From the NCBI RefSeq assembly GCF_900313025.1, contig NZ_OMPQ01000008.1, forward strand, positions 394,482 through 458,481: a DNA stretch of 64,000 nucleotides, written 5' to 3'. The notes below the pieces were generated by a model. That model did no database searches. It was not told where the DNA came from and was given only the letters and a program-made list of their open reading frames with translations. The position numbers and the translations under genes are program-made. Position 1 is the stretch's first letter; each line of letters starts with the position of its first letter. Positions 50,452 to 60,060 of this stretch are shown here, piece by piece. The DNA comes from Pseudophaeobacter sp. EL27. Its GTDB lineage: Bacteria; Pseudomonadota; Alphaproteobacteria; Rhodobacterales; Rhodobacteraceae.

Positions 50452-50757
50452 TTAGAGAGAATCCGGGAGGCTCGAGCCATCCTTGAACGGGCCAGTTGCA
50501 ACATTGCGCGGCAGCGGACTGTTGCAGACGGGCTTGCCATCGGGGGTGCGCCGCAGGTCAGCATAGCCTTCGAGGCCATCATCAATGATCCAGTGCTCAC
50601 AGCCCTGCGGATCAACCCAGATTCCCGCAGTCATATTCGACAGATGGCTGTTTGACCCGTCCCCCGCGTGTTGATCACGGGTTTTGTCATGAGTGACTTC
50701 ACAGGCTGCCACAGCGGTCAGTGCAAGGGACAGCACGGTTGCTTTGATTAGGTGCAT
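50452..50757 (-). CDS. Lipoprotein with a 'WVDPxGCEHW…PDGKPVC' domain (paralog of the N-domain of the adjacent OmpA-family protein)
   Basis: Signal/lipobox LTAVAAC. It shares a ~45-aa Cys-containing motif with the 50772..51341 product. Confidence 0.4.
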   Translation of the reverse strand: MHLIKATVLSLALTAVAACEVTHDKTRDQHAGDGSNSHLSNMTAGIWVDPQGCEHWIIDDGLEGYADLRRTPDGKPVCNSPLPRNVATGPFKDGSSLPDSL

Positions 50758-50771
50758 CTTGATGTCCTTCT

Positions 50772-51341
50772 TTAGCGCAAGCAATAGATTTCGACGCGAC
50801 GGTTCTTCGCCATGTTAGCAGCACTGGTATTGGGAACTCGAGGATCACGTTCACCATAAGCGCGAATATCAGCGATCCGCGCGCCTACCGATCTGGCAAC
50901 ACCCGCAACCGCATTGGCACGACGCTGCGACAAGCGGATATTATACTCGTCCGAAGCACGGCTGTCGGTATGACCGGCGATCACAAAATGGCGCACGTTG
51001 CCCTTATTCGAGTTGAAGAACTCTTTCAAACGCGTCTTACCTGCAGCGTTGATGTAATGCTTGTCAGTCGCAAAGAACTGATCCGTCTCCATCACACCAC
51101 AGAGATTGCCACGACGGCAAACAGGTTTGCCATCTGGCATCACATGCGGCGTCATAAAACCTTCGGCGCCGTCATCCATGACCCAGTGCTCGCAACCGTC
51201 AGGGTCAACCCAGATGGTCGGAACATAGCGCTCGCCAACAACTGTGCGCTGCTGCGCCTGAACCGAACCCGTCGACAGGCTCACCGCGGCCACGGCAGCG
51301 ACCACCAGTGCGAACATGTTTTTTGCATTAGATGTCATCAC
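50772..51341 (-). CDS. OmpA-family peptidoglycan-binding protein with N-terminal 'CEHW' domain
   Basis: Signal peptide. N-domain WVDPDGCEHWVMDDGAEGF...PDGKPVC. C-terminal OmpA_C motifs (NIRLSQRRANAV, NRRVEI). Confidence 0.6.
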   Translation of the reverse strand: MMTSNAKNMFALVVAAVAAVSLSTGSVQAQQRTVVGERYVPTIWVDPDGCEHWVMDDGAEGFMTPHVMPDGKPVCRRGNLCGVMETDQFFATDKHYINAAGKTRLKEFFNSNKGNVRHFVIAGHTDSRASDEYNIRLSQRRANAVAGVARSVGARIADIRAYGERDPRVPNTSAANMAKNRRVEIYCLR

Positions 51342-51699
51342 AACCAGATTTCCTTCACCAAAGCCCCCCCAGGGATGCCGTCCGGGGAAGCTTGCGTCTA
51401 AATTCTTAACACTCAGGTTATCAGCAGCAATTCAAACGGATTTTTCGCAAAAACAGCCCCTGCCCTTGCAGGCTTTTCGCAAGATTATGCGCTTTCAGGC
51501 AACACTCATACTGTTTTGTTAAAATTGTCGCCAAGAGCGCTGCAATTATGACTCACTCTGCAAAAACAGCCGATGGGAAAATTGGTTTTCCCAGTGAAAT
51601 CAAACCACAGCCGGCGGCAAAAAGAATCGCCTCTGGCCCAGACGTTTATCCAATCAGAACGGATCCGACGCCCAAATGCCCCAACAAACCTGCGTCTCG

Positions 51700-53022
51700 C
51701 TAGTCGATCAACTCCCCCGCCAGCGAATTTGTACGCGAAGAAACGATACGCACCCGCGCCAGATCACCGGCCTGACGATCACAATTCGCGACGTGAACCG
51801 CATGCAGATAGTCTGATTTCCCCAGCATCTGACCCGCTTGACGACCAGGTTTTTCAAACAGAACGCCAACCTCGCGCCCCACCATACTGTCCTGAATTTC
51901 CCGCTGCTGGCGTGTCAACAGAGCCTGCAAACGCTGCAATCTATCGTCGGCCTCAGCGGGGTCCACCTGCGGACGCTCTGCGGCAGGGGTGCCGGGGCGG
52001 GTCGAGTATTTGAAGGAATAGGCGGTACCATATTTCACTTCTTCCACCAGATCCAACGTCGCCTGGAAGTCCTCTTCCGTCTCCTCAGGGAAGCCTACGA
52101 TAAAGTCGCCGGAGATCAGAATATCCGGCCGCGCCGCACGGATCCGCTCCAGCAAGCGCAGATAGCTCTCTGCGGTATGGCTGCGGTTCATCCGCTTCAG
52201 GATCTTATCCGAGCCCGCCTGCACCGGCAGATGCAGATAGGGCATCAGCTTCTTGCAGGTGCCATGTGCCTCGATCAGGTCATCCATCATGTCGTTGGGG
52301 TGGCTGGTGGTAAAGCGGATACGCTCCAATCCATCGACCTTATCCAGCTCCCAGATCAGCTGTGCCAGGGTCAGATCGCCATTGGCACCCGCGCCGTGAT
52401 AGGCATTCACATTCTGCCCCAACAGGGTGATTTCCCGCACACCGCGCTCCACCAGATCGCGCGCCTCGGTCAGGATGCGATCCGCCGGGCGCGAAACTTC
52501 GGCCCCGCGCGTATAGGGCACCACACAAAAGGCACAGAACTTGTCGCAGCCTTCCTGTACGGTCAAAAACGCCGTCGGGCCGCGCTTTGCTTTGGGGCGG
52601 CGCTTGAGCTGCTCAAACTTGTCCTCTTCGGGAAAATCGGTGTCCAGCACCTTCTCCCCGGTCTGCGCCTTTTCTTCCATCTCTGGCAGGCGGTGATAGC
52701 TCTGCGGGCCAACCACCAGATCCACCAAAGGCTGGCGACGCATGATTTCCTGCCCCTCGGCCTGGGCTACACAGCCCGCTACGCCGATCTTCAGATCCGG
52801 TTTTGCTGCTTTCAGCTTTTTGAACCGGCCAAGCTCGGAATAGACCTTTTCGGCAGCTTTTTCGCGAATATGGCAGGTGTTGAGCAGGATCATATCTGCC
52901 TCATCTGCCGATTTGGCTTCTGTATAGCCCTGCCCGCCCAGCGCTTCGGCCATGCGTTCACTGTCATAGACATTCATCTGACAGCCATAGGTCTTGATAA
53001 ACAGCTTCTTGGGCGCAGTCAT
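51700..53022 (-). CDS. miaB: tRNA-i6A37 methylthiotransferase
   Basis: Radical-SAM CxxxCxxC, N-terminal MTTase and TRAM domains. Start at the internal ATG ([17 protein letters not shown]). Confidence 0.9.
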   Translation of the reverse strand: MTAPKKLFIKTYGCQMNVYDSERMAEALGGQGYTEAKSADEADMILLNTCHIREKAAEKVYSELGRFKKLKAAKPDLKIGVAGCVAQAEGQEIMRRQPLVDLVVGPQSYHRLPEMEEKAQTGEKVLDTDFPEEDKFEQLKRRPKAKRGPTAFLTVQEGCDKFCAFCVVPYTRGAEVSRPADRILTEARDLVERGVREITLLGQNVNAYHGAGANGDLTLAQLIWELDKVDGLERIRFTTSHPNDMMDDLIEAHGTCKKLMPYLHLPVQAGSDKILKRMNRSHTAESYLRLLERIRAARPDILISGDFIVGFPEETEEDFQATLDLVEEVKYGTAYSFKYSTRPGTPAAERPQVDPAEADDRLQRLQALLTRQQREIQDSMVGREVGVLFEKPGRQAGQMLGKSDYLHAVHVANCDRQAGDLARVRIVSSRTNSLAGELID

Positions 53023-53160
53023 ATCTGTAATGCCTTCCAGCAGGGATCGGGAACAACGGCCTGCCATAACGGCAAATCTCGCAGCTTGCAATGCAGGCGG
53101 GATTAACCGATTTTAGAGGCAAATGCCAGAACGGCAACACTAGGTCAGAGACACAAGAAC

Positions 53161-54030
53161 ATGATGTATTCTTCGCTGGAAGATTTTCTCAAACAACAAA
53201 GGGCCCTACTGGTGAAAGGCCCGGTGGCGCTGATCTTTGTCGAAGACGATGTCGAAGTGGCCACAACCCTGCGACATCATCTGCAATCGGGCTTTAAAGC
53301 GGTTGTTGCGCTGATGCCGGATGCCTTTGATTTGCCGCGCGACATCAAATCCAGAATCCACCGTGTCCCTTTTGACTGCAGCGCCCCCGAAAATGTCTTC
53401 AAAGCCGTCAATCAGATCATAACAGCCGCGCAGCCGGGCTGCTGGCTCTATTACTGCTACAATGCCGAATTTCTGTTTTTCCCTTTCTGTGAAACCCGGA
53501 CAGTGGCAGAGATGCTCACCTTCCACACCGAAGAGCGGCGCTCGGCGATGCTGACCTATGTGATCGACCTCTATGCAGGTGACCTGCAACAACACCCCAG
53601 TGCGGTCTCACTGGAAAGCGCCTTTCTCGACAAATCGGGCTACTACGCCCAGGCCCGCTGGGACGAGACCACCAAAGGACCGCGTGAAAGACAATTGGAT
53701 TTCTTTGGCGGCGTCCGCTGGCGCCATGAGGAACATATCCCCTGGGCCAGCCGTAAGATCGACAGAATTTCCCTTTTCCAGGTCCAGGAGGGCCTGGAAC
53801 TGCAACAAGATCACACCTTCAACGATCAAGAATACAATACCTACGCCTGCCCCTGGCATCACAACCTGACGGCCGCAATCTGTTCCTTCCGCACCGCCAA
53901 GGCGCTCAAACGCAATCCAGGATCTGACTTCGCCATCGACAGTTTTCGCTGGCACAACTCAACCCCCTTTGACTGGCACTCCCGGCAATTGCTGGACCTT
54001 GGCCTGATGGAACCTGGACAATGGTTCTAA
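53161..54030 (+). CDS. Conserved hypothetical protein (Trp/Cys-rich, unknown function)
   Basis: 289 aa with no recognisable motif by eye. Confidence 0.4.
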   Translation: MMYSSLEDFLKQQRALLVKGPVALIFVEDDVEVATTLRHHLQSGFKAVVALMPDAFDLPRDIKSRIHRVPFDCSAPENVFKAVNQIITAAQPGCWLYYCYNAEFLFFPFCETRTVAEMLTFHTEERRSAMLTYVIDLYAGDLQQHPSAVSLESAFLDKSGYYAQARWDETTKGPRERQLDFFGGVRWRHEEHIPWASRKIDRISLFQVQEGLELQQDHTFNDQEYNTYACPWHHNLTAAICSFRTAKALKRNPGSDFAIDSFRWHNSTPFDWHSRQLLDLGLMEPGQWF

Positions 54031-54047
54031 AACACCCAGAACCCTGG

Positions 54048-54135
54048 CTCCCCCCTTGCTTTCATTTGGCCCCAAATATCCCGGGGGTGAATTGCGCCCC
54101 TCAGGCGCAAGAGGGGGCAGCGCCCCCTCCCCTTT
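54048..54135. repeat. Intergenic GC-hairpin repeat element, copy B
   Basis: …tttcatttggccccaaatatcccggggg…gcgcccctcaggcgc…gggggcagcgccccc. Related to copy A at 27004..27075. Confidence 0.45.
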
Positions 54136-54153
54136 GATCTCTTCCGATGCAGG

Positions 54154-54951
54154 TTACCGCTGCAACAGCACCGGGAACCAGTCCTCCCGCAAGCGCTGCC
54201 CCGGCTGCATCTCATGCCCAGGATAGGGCGGCGAAGTTGGGCCAGGCCGCTCCACATAGCGCGCATCATCGCCTACCAGCCGCAAGGAAAACGCCCGACG
54301 ACGGGTTTCGCTGGTATTGGCACGGGCGCCGTGCAGGGTTTTATAGTTGAAAGCAACCGCATCCCCCGGCGCCATTTCCCACTCAAGAATGGTCATGCCT
54401 TCGGCTTCGGGATCAGGCACCGCCATATACTGCCCCTCATCGGCAAAGAAATCTTCCTCCGAAACCCAGCGCGTCGGCAGGACTTCCTTTTCCCATTTAT
54501 GCGATCCAGCTACACAGCGCAGGGCGGCATTTTTCACCGGATCCAAGGGCGACCAAAAACTTACTGTCTGATCCCCTTCGACAAAATAATAGGGCCCGTC
54601 CTGATGCCAAGGTGTTGCCATTGAAGTCCCGGGCTCCTTCACCAGAACATGGTCGTGGAACATCTGCACGCGGTCTGATTGCATCAGGTCAGCAGCGACC
54701 TCTGCCACCGGCGAGGTCTTGATCGCCGCCTCAAAATCAGCAATGCGCGGCCAGTTGCAATAATCGTCAAAAAACCGCCCGGTCTGGCCCGCCTTTTCAT
54801 TGTTTGACGCATAGGGGCCGGGTTCCGCCATGTTCTGCTCCACGCCACGGCGCAGCTGATCGACCTGATCTTTGAACAGCCCCTTGATCAAAACAACGCC
54901 ATCGCGCTGGAACTCGTCAATATGGTCTTGAGTGATGAGAGGGTGCACCAT
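54154..54951 (-). CDS. Phytanoyl-CoA dioxygenase (PhyH) family Fe(II)/2-oxoglutarate oxygenase
   Basis: HQDGPYY (HxD) motif and distal His. Divergent from the LysR gene. Confidence 0.75.
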   Translation of the reverse strand: MVHPLITQDHIDEFQRDGVVLIKGLFKDQVDQLRRGVEQNMAEPGPYASNNEKAGQTGRFFDDYCNWPRIADFEAAIKTSPVAEVAADLMQSDRVQMFHDHVLVKEPGTSMATPWHQDGPYYFVEGDQTVSFWSPLDPVKNAALRCVAGSHKWEKEVLPTRWVSEEDFFADEGQYMAVPDPEAEGMTILEWEMAPGDAVAFNYKTLHGARANTSETRRRAFSLRLVGDDARYVERPGPTSPPYPGHEMQPGQRLREDWFPVLLQR

Positions 54952-55115
54952 GCGGATCTCCGTCTAAGTTAAAGCAACCAGCCAGCTCGTCGGACCCTTG
55001 AAGGCCTGACATTGCGAAATCTAGCTACAGTCAAAAGATGTATTTTTGCTGCGCCGACCCTGCCGTTCCTGAATGTTAGTTTCAAATAATATATTTCTAA
55101 TATAGCCATAATCTC

Positions 55116-56015
55116 ATGCTATATCTAACCCTGCGCCACTACGAATATACCTGTGCCGTTGCCCAGCACGGCAGCCTCTCTGCAGCCGCAGAGGCCCTGC
55201 ATGTCAGCCAACCCGCGCTCTCCACCGCACTGGCACGGATCGAGGATCACCTGGGGCAAGCGCTGTTTGTGCGCCGCCGGGGGGCCCCGCTCACGCTCAC
55301 CCCACAGGGGCGCGACTTTGCCAAGGCCGCGCAAAATCTGGTGGATCAGGCCGCTCAGCTGGAGGCCCCCAATGGCGCTAGTCCGGTTCTGCAAAATCTG
55401 GTCATTGGCTGCTTTTCCGATCTGGCACCCTTTGTTCTGGCCCCAGCCCTGAGCTGCCTGCGCCAGGCCTTTCCTGACCTGACTGTGAACCCGCGAATGC
55501 TCGGGTTTTCCCAGCTCACAGAGGGGTTGCTACAGGGAGAGATCGATCTCGCGGTCACCTATGATCTGGGGCTGGATGCCGGATTTGACCGGCGGGTGAT
55601 CGACAGGCGCGCGCCGCAAGCCCTGATGCCGCCAGACCATGCCCTGGCACAGTACCGCAGCCTGTCGCTGGCTCAACTGGCCGACGTGCCGCTGGTGCTG
55701 TCGCAGGAGGGGCTATCGGTGCAACATATGCTGGGGCTGTTCAAAACCATCGATCTGACACCCCGCATTGCCCATCGCGCGGCCTCACTAGAGGTTCTGC
55801 GCAGTCTCGCCGCCAATGGCGAGGGGATTGGCATCAGCTATAGCGCCCCGCCTATCAACCAAAGCTACGATGGCAAAGCACTAGTGAGTATCCCAATCAG
55901 CGATTCTTTTGCACTAGAGCCGGTGATTGTCGCCAGCCACGGCACCCCAAAGACCGATTCGCCCCTGGCCCGCGCCATAGACCTGCTCTCAAAAGCACTG
56001 GGGCAGAACGGCTAA
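55116..56015 (+). CDS. LysR family transcriptional regulator
   Basis: N-terminal wHTH (AAEALHVSQPALSTALARIEDHLG) plus a substrate-binding domain. Confidence 0.8.
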   Translation: MLYLTLRHYEYTCAVAQHGSLSAAAEALHVSQPALSTALARIEDHLGQALFVRRRGAPLTLTPQGRDFAKAAQNLVDQAAQLEAPNGASPVLQNLVIGCFSDLAPFVLAPALSCLRQAFPDLTVNPRMLGFSQLTEGLLQGEIDLAVTYDLGLDAGFDRRVIDRRAPQALMPPDHALAQYRSLSLAQLADVPLVLSQEGLSVQHMLGLFKTIDLTPRIAHRAASLEVLRSLAANGEGIGISYSAPPINQSYDGKALVSIPISDSFALEPVIVASHGTPKTDSPLARAIDLLSKALGQNG

Positions 56016-56025
56016 GGACTTAGTA

Positions 56026-56496
56026 TCAGACTTTGCGCAGACGTATGACCACATCCACCGAGGCAATCTCCATGCCCTCTGGGGCCTCTGGCAGGCTCTT
56101 GATTACCAATTGATCAGAAGGCGCATCGGTCACCCGGTTGCCGTCCTCCCAATAAAAATGCGGGTGATCATGGGTATTGGTGTCAAAGTAGCTTTTTGAC
56201 CCATCCACAGTGATTTCCTGCAACACCCCGGCCTCACAAAAGGCCCGCAGCGTGTTGTAGACAGTGGCCAGAGAAACGGCTGTTCCCTTGGTTTTTGCCG
56301 CGCCAAACAGGCTTTCAGCGGTGACATGACGATGGTTGCCATCGCCCACCAAAAGCTCCGCCAGGGCCAGCCGTTGACGGGTTGGGCGCAGGCCGGCATT
56401 CACCAACCAATTTGTTGCCAGGTCTTCGCTGTTTGGCGTCATGTGCGGATCCTGCATCGCGTTGCTATTGGTGTTTATACTGCGAATGAATTGCAT
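56026..56496 (-). CDS. irr: Fur-family iron response regulator Irr
   Basis: Fur fold with HDHPHFYWED. Sits next to fabA as is typical in alphaproteobacteria. Start uncertain. Confidence 0.75.
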   Translation of the reverse strand: MQFIRSINTNSNAMQDPHMTPNSEDLATNWLVNAGLRPTRQRLALAELLVGDGNHRHVTAESLFGAAKTKGTAVSLATVYNTLRAFCEAGVLQEITVDGSKSYFDTNTHDHPHFYWEDGNRVTDAPSDQLVIKSLPEAPEGMEIASVDVVIRLRKV

Positions 56497-56653
56497 TTTT
56501 CAAACAGAATTCCCATTTCCTGTGAAGCTCAGCGGCGCGCGCCTGTGACACCATCACCCTGCGCCGCATGGCTCACTGCTCTTGCAGGACCTGTAAGCCG
56601 GGTGCTACAGGAGGAAAAAGACATGAAACACCTCAGGCAGGAGACGTGCCAGC

Positions 56654-57163
56654 ATGGCCGATTACCCCAGCAGCTTTGACAAAGACGATCTGTTGAAATG
56701 TGCCCGCGGAGAGCTGTTTGGCCCCGGCAATGCCCAGCTCCCAGCGCCGCCAATGTTGATGATGGACCGCATCACCGAGGTCAGCGCCGATGGTGGTGCC
56801 CACGGCAAGGGTCACATCCTGGCCGAATTCGATATCACGCCTGAGCTGTGGTTCTTTGACTGCCACTTCCCCGGCAACCCCATCATGCCAGGCTGCCTGG
56901 GCCTGGATGGATTGTGGCAGCTCACCGGCTTCAACCTCGGCTGGCGCGGCTGGAAGGGCCGCGGCATGGCCGTGGGCGTGGGCGAAGTAAAGCTCACCGG
57001 CATGGTCCGCCCCGAGCGCAAGATGCTGACCTATAAGATCGACTTCAAAAAGGCGATCCAGACCCGCCGCCTGACCATGGGCGTTGCGGATGGTATCGTC
57101 GAAGCCGATGGCGAGATGATCTATGACGTCAAGGACATGAAGGTCGTTCTGTCCGAGGCCTAA
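56654..57163 (+). CDS. fabA: 3-hydroxydecanoyl-ACP dehydratase/isomerase
   Basis: FabA active-site region [19 protein letters not shown]. Confidence 0.9.
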   Translation: MADYPSSFDKDDLLKCARGELFGPGNAQLPAPPMLMMDRITEVSADGGAHGKGHILAEFDITPELWFFDCHFPGNPIMPGCLGLDGLWQLTGFNLGWRGWKGRGMAVGVGEVKLTGMVRPERKMLTYKIDFKKAIQTRRLTMGVADGIVEADGEMIYDVKDMKVVLSEA

Positions 57164-57188
57164 TTTGCTCGGAGAGCTTGAGACTGAA

Positions 57189-57216
57189 GAAGAGGCCTCT
57201 GGGCCTCTTTTTTGTT
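57189..57216 (+). terminator. Rho-independent terminator after fabA
   Basis: agaggcc-tct-ggcctct followed by tttttgtt. Confidence 0.55.
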
Positions 57217-57321
57217 GAGGTATGTCCGCTTCGAGCCCAAACCGACTACACGGCATCCATCAGGAGACGCCGAATTTTGTCAGTTAGATTAGCTATCGGA
57301 TTGTTTTGTGGAGAACTGACT

Positions 57322-57828
57322 TTGAAGAAATGGCTTTTCGCTCTTTGTATTGGTTCAGTTGGCATTTTTCTTTTCTGGCCTCGATCGTATCATGCAAAAG
57401 CGACGTTAGGTTCTGGGCCAGAAATTACTATGTCGATCTCTCCTATGTTTGGATTGCATAGCGATTGGACGCGACAAGTGTCCGTTGAATATAACGGGGA
57501 GCGGATATCCAAGGAGTTGATGTCGGATACTGGATGGTGGCGTGGATCTAATTTATATCGCCACACTTCAGGGGCTTATGTCATACATGAAGGTCAAGGG
57601 TGGTGCTTTAGCTTTACACTCGAACCTTTGGAGTTCGACACCACACCTAAAGTTTCCTGCCTCAAGAATACTATTGTTCATGAGTCTCTCGGCAAAATGT
57701 CCCCGTATTATCAAGATATGAGCTACCTAGGTCGTTTCATTGAAAACTCGCACCTTAGTGGCGGGCAGAAAATTAGCTTTACTTTAGCGGACCAAGCACC
57801 CGAACTTGAACTTCCTGACGGGCCATAG
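57322..57828 (+). CDS. Hypothetical membrane-anchored protein from an AT-rich (~45% GC) orphan gene inserted between fabA and fabB
   Basis: ~169 aa from a TTG start after the fabA terminator, with an N-terminal TM helix. The tool ORF from 57178 reads through the terminator and is over-extended. Confidence 0.4.
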   Translation: MKKWLFALCIGSVGIFLFWPRSYHAKATLGSGPEITMSISPMFGLHSDWTRQVSVEYNGERISKELMSDTGWWRGSNLYRHTSGAYVIHEGQGWCFSFTLEPLEFDTTPKVSCLKNTIVHESLGKMSPYYQDMSYLGRFIENSHLSGGQKISFTLADQAPELELPDGP

Positions 57829-57970
57829 GTGTTTTGTGAATCCCCCCTAATTTTCCTGCTATGCTAAATGTCCGCAATGCCAGCTCTCGACCTGCACCAC
57901 ACCGCCATGCCATCTTGCACCTCTGCTTCGCAATGCATACTAAGACATAAGCAAACAAGGGAGTGCACGT

Positions 57971-59200
57971 ATGCGTCGTGTCGTCGTCACCGGTCTGGGG
58001 ATCGTCTCCTCCATCGGAAACAACACCGAAGAAGTCATCGCCGCGTTGAAAGCGGGGAAATCCGGCATCGTTGCCAGCCCGGAAATGACCGAGCACGGCT
58101 TTCGCAGCCAGGTCGCCGGCACGCTGAAGATCGACATCAAGGAACATGTCGACAAACGCGCGCTGCGCTTCATGGGGCCAGGTGCCGCCTATGCCCATAT
58201 CGCCATGAGCCAGGCCATTGCCGATGCGGGCCTCTCTGACGATCAGGTCGTCAATGAGCGCACCGGTCTGGTGGCGGGCTCTGGTGGTCCGTCGACCTCT
58301 GCCATGTTGACGGCGCATCAGGTGGTGGAAAAAACCGGCGCGACCAAGCGTATCGGGCCTTTTGCGGTGCCAAAATGCATGTCCTCGACCATTTCGGCCA
58401 ACCTGGCGACGGCCTTCAAGATCAAGGGCATCAACTATTCCATCACCTCGGCCTGTTCCACCTCGCTGCACTGCATCGGCAATGCTGCAGAGCAGATCAT
58501 GATGGGCAAGCAAGACGTGATGTTTGCCGGCGGCGGCGAAGAGCTGGACTGGACCCTGTCCTGCCTGTTTGACGCCATGGGTGCGATGTCTTCCAAGAAA
58601 AACGACGACCCAGCGGCGGCCAGCCGTGCCTTTGATCAGGACCGCGACGGTTTTGTCATCTCCGGCGGTGGCGGCATCGTGGTGCTGGAAGATCTCGATC
58701 ATGCGCTGGCGCGCGGTGCCAAGATCTATGCCGAAGTGGTCGGCTATGCCGCCACCTCCGATGGCCACGATATGGTTGCCCCATCCGGCGAAGGTGGTGA
58801 GCGGGCCATGCGTCTGGCGCTGTCCACCCTGCCCGAAGGGCGCAAGGTCAGCTATATCAACGCCCACGGCACCTCGACCCCCGTTGGCGATGTTGGTGAA
58901 GTGGAGGCCGTGCGCCGCGTCTTTGGCGAAGGCCAGACCCCGCCGGTATCTTCAACCAAATCCATGACCGGTCACGCCCAGGGCGCTGCCGGCGCATTGG
59001 AGGCAATTTTTTGCCTGTTGATGCTGGACAATGATTTCATCACCCCTTCGATCAATGTGGACACCCTGGCCGAGGGCATCCTGCCCGGCGAGATTGCCAC
59101 CGAGCTCGTAGAAAACGCAGGCCTCGATTGTGTCATGACCAACAGCTTTGGCTTTGGCGGCACCAATGGATCGATGGTTTTGAGCAAATACAAAGGATAA
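57971..59200 (+). CDS. fabB: Beta-ketoacyl-ACP synthase I
   Basis: 409 aa. KAS Cys active site (ACSTSLHCIG) and His/His motifs. Confidence 0.9.
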   Translation: MRRVVVTGLGIVSSIGNNTEEVIAALKAGKSGIVASPEMTEHGFRSQVAGTLKIDIKEHVDKRALRFMGPGAAYAHIAMSQAIADAGLSDDQVVNERTGLVAGSGGPSTSAMLTAHQVVEKTGATKRIGPFAVPKCMSSTISANLATAFKIKGINYSITSACSTSLHCIGNAAEQIMMGKQDVMFAGGGEELDWTLSCLFDAMGAMSSKKNDDPAAASRAFDQDRDGFVISGGGGIVVLEDLDHALARGAKIYAEVVGYAATSDGHDMVAPSGEGGERAMRLALSTLPEGRKVSYINAHGTSTPVGDVGEVEAVRRVFGEGQTPPVSSTKSMTGHAQGAAGALEAIFCLLMLDNDFITPSINVDTLAEGILPGEIATELVENAGLDCVMTNSFGFGGTNGSMVLSKYKG

Positions 59201-59207
59201 CCCAACA

Positions 59208-59999
59208 ATGTCTGGAATTTTGACGGGCAAACGCGGCTTGATCATGGGCGTTGCCAATGATCGCTCTATCGCCTGGGGCATTGCCAAGGCCATGGCAGAG
59301 GCCGGTGCCGAACTGGCCTTCACCTATCAGGGTGAAGCCTTTGGCAAACGCCTGGAGCCACTGGCACAAAGCGTTGGCAGCGATTTTATGGTCGATGTGG
59401 ACGTCACCGATGATGCCTCGCTGGATGCCGCATTCGCGCAGCTGGGCGAGCGTTGGCCGACGATTGACTTTGTTGTCCATGCCATCGCCTATTCGGACAA
59501 ATCCGAGCTGACGGGGCGCTTCCTGGATACCAGCCGCGCCAACTTCAAGAACTCGATGGATATCTCGGCCTATTCCTTTATCGAGGTGGCGCGTCGGGCC
59601 TATCCTTTGATGAAGGACAAGGGCGGCACCCTGCTGACCCTGACCTATCAGGGCTCCAACCGAGTGGTGCCCAACTATAACGTCATGGGCGTGGCCAAGG
59701 CCGCATTGGAAAGCGCAACCCGCTATCTGGCCAATGACCTCGGCCCCGAAGGGATCCGCGTCAATGCGATCTCCCCCGGCCCGATGAAGACTCTGGCGGG
59801 TGCCGCCATTGGCGGTGCACGCAAGACATTCAAGCACACGGCACAAAACGCGCCAATGCGTGACAATGCAACGCTTGAGGCCGTTGGCGGCACCGCTGTC
59901 TATCTGGCCTCAGATGCAGGGGCCTGCACCAGTGGCGAGATCATCCGCGTCGATGGCGGTTTTCATGTGCTGGGCATGCCCCAGCCGGATCACCTGTAA
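59208..59999 (+). CDS. fabI: Enoyl-ACP reductase (NADH)
   Basis: GVANDRSIAWGIAK Rossmann motif and the Y/K catalytic pair. Confidence 0.9.
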   Translation: MSGILTGKRGLIMGVANDRSIAWGIAKAMAEAGAELAFTYQGEAFGKRLEPLAQSVGSDFMVDVDVTDDASLDAAFAQLGERWPTIDFVVHAIAYSDKSELTGRFLDTSRANFKNSMDISAYSFIEVARRAYPLMKDKGGTLLTLTYQGSNRVVPNYNVMGVAKAALESATRYLANDLGPEGIRVNAISPGPMKTLAGAAIGGARKTFKHTAQNAPMRDNATLEAVGGTAVYLASDAGACTSGEIIRVDGGFHVLGMPQPDHL

Positions 60000-60021
60000 A
60001 ACGGGTCGGCAAGACAGATTA

Positions 60022-60052
60022 AAAAGGCGCTCCTTTTGGGGCGCCTTTTGCT
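60022..60052. terminator. Bidirectional rho-independent terminator between fabI and the convergent NMO gene
   Basis: aaaaaGGCGCtccttttggGGCGCCttttg. Confidence 0.5.
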
Positions 60053-60060
60053 TTGGCAGG

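Noticed and set aside
51838-53106. 422-aa ORF antisense to miaB
   Set aside because: Shadow ORF opposite a radical-SAM gene with intact CxxxCxxC.
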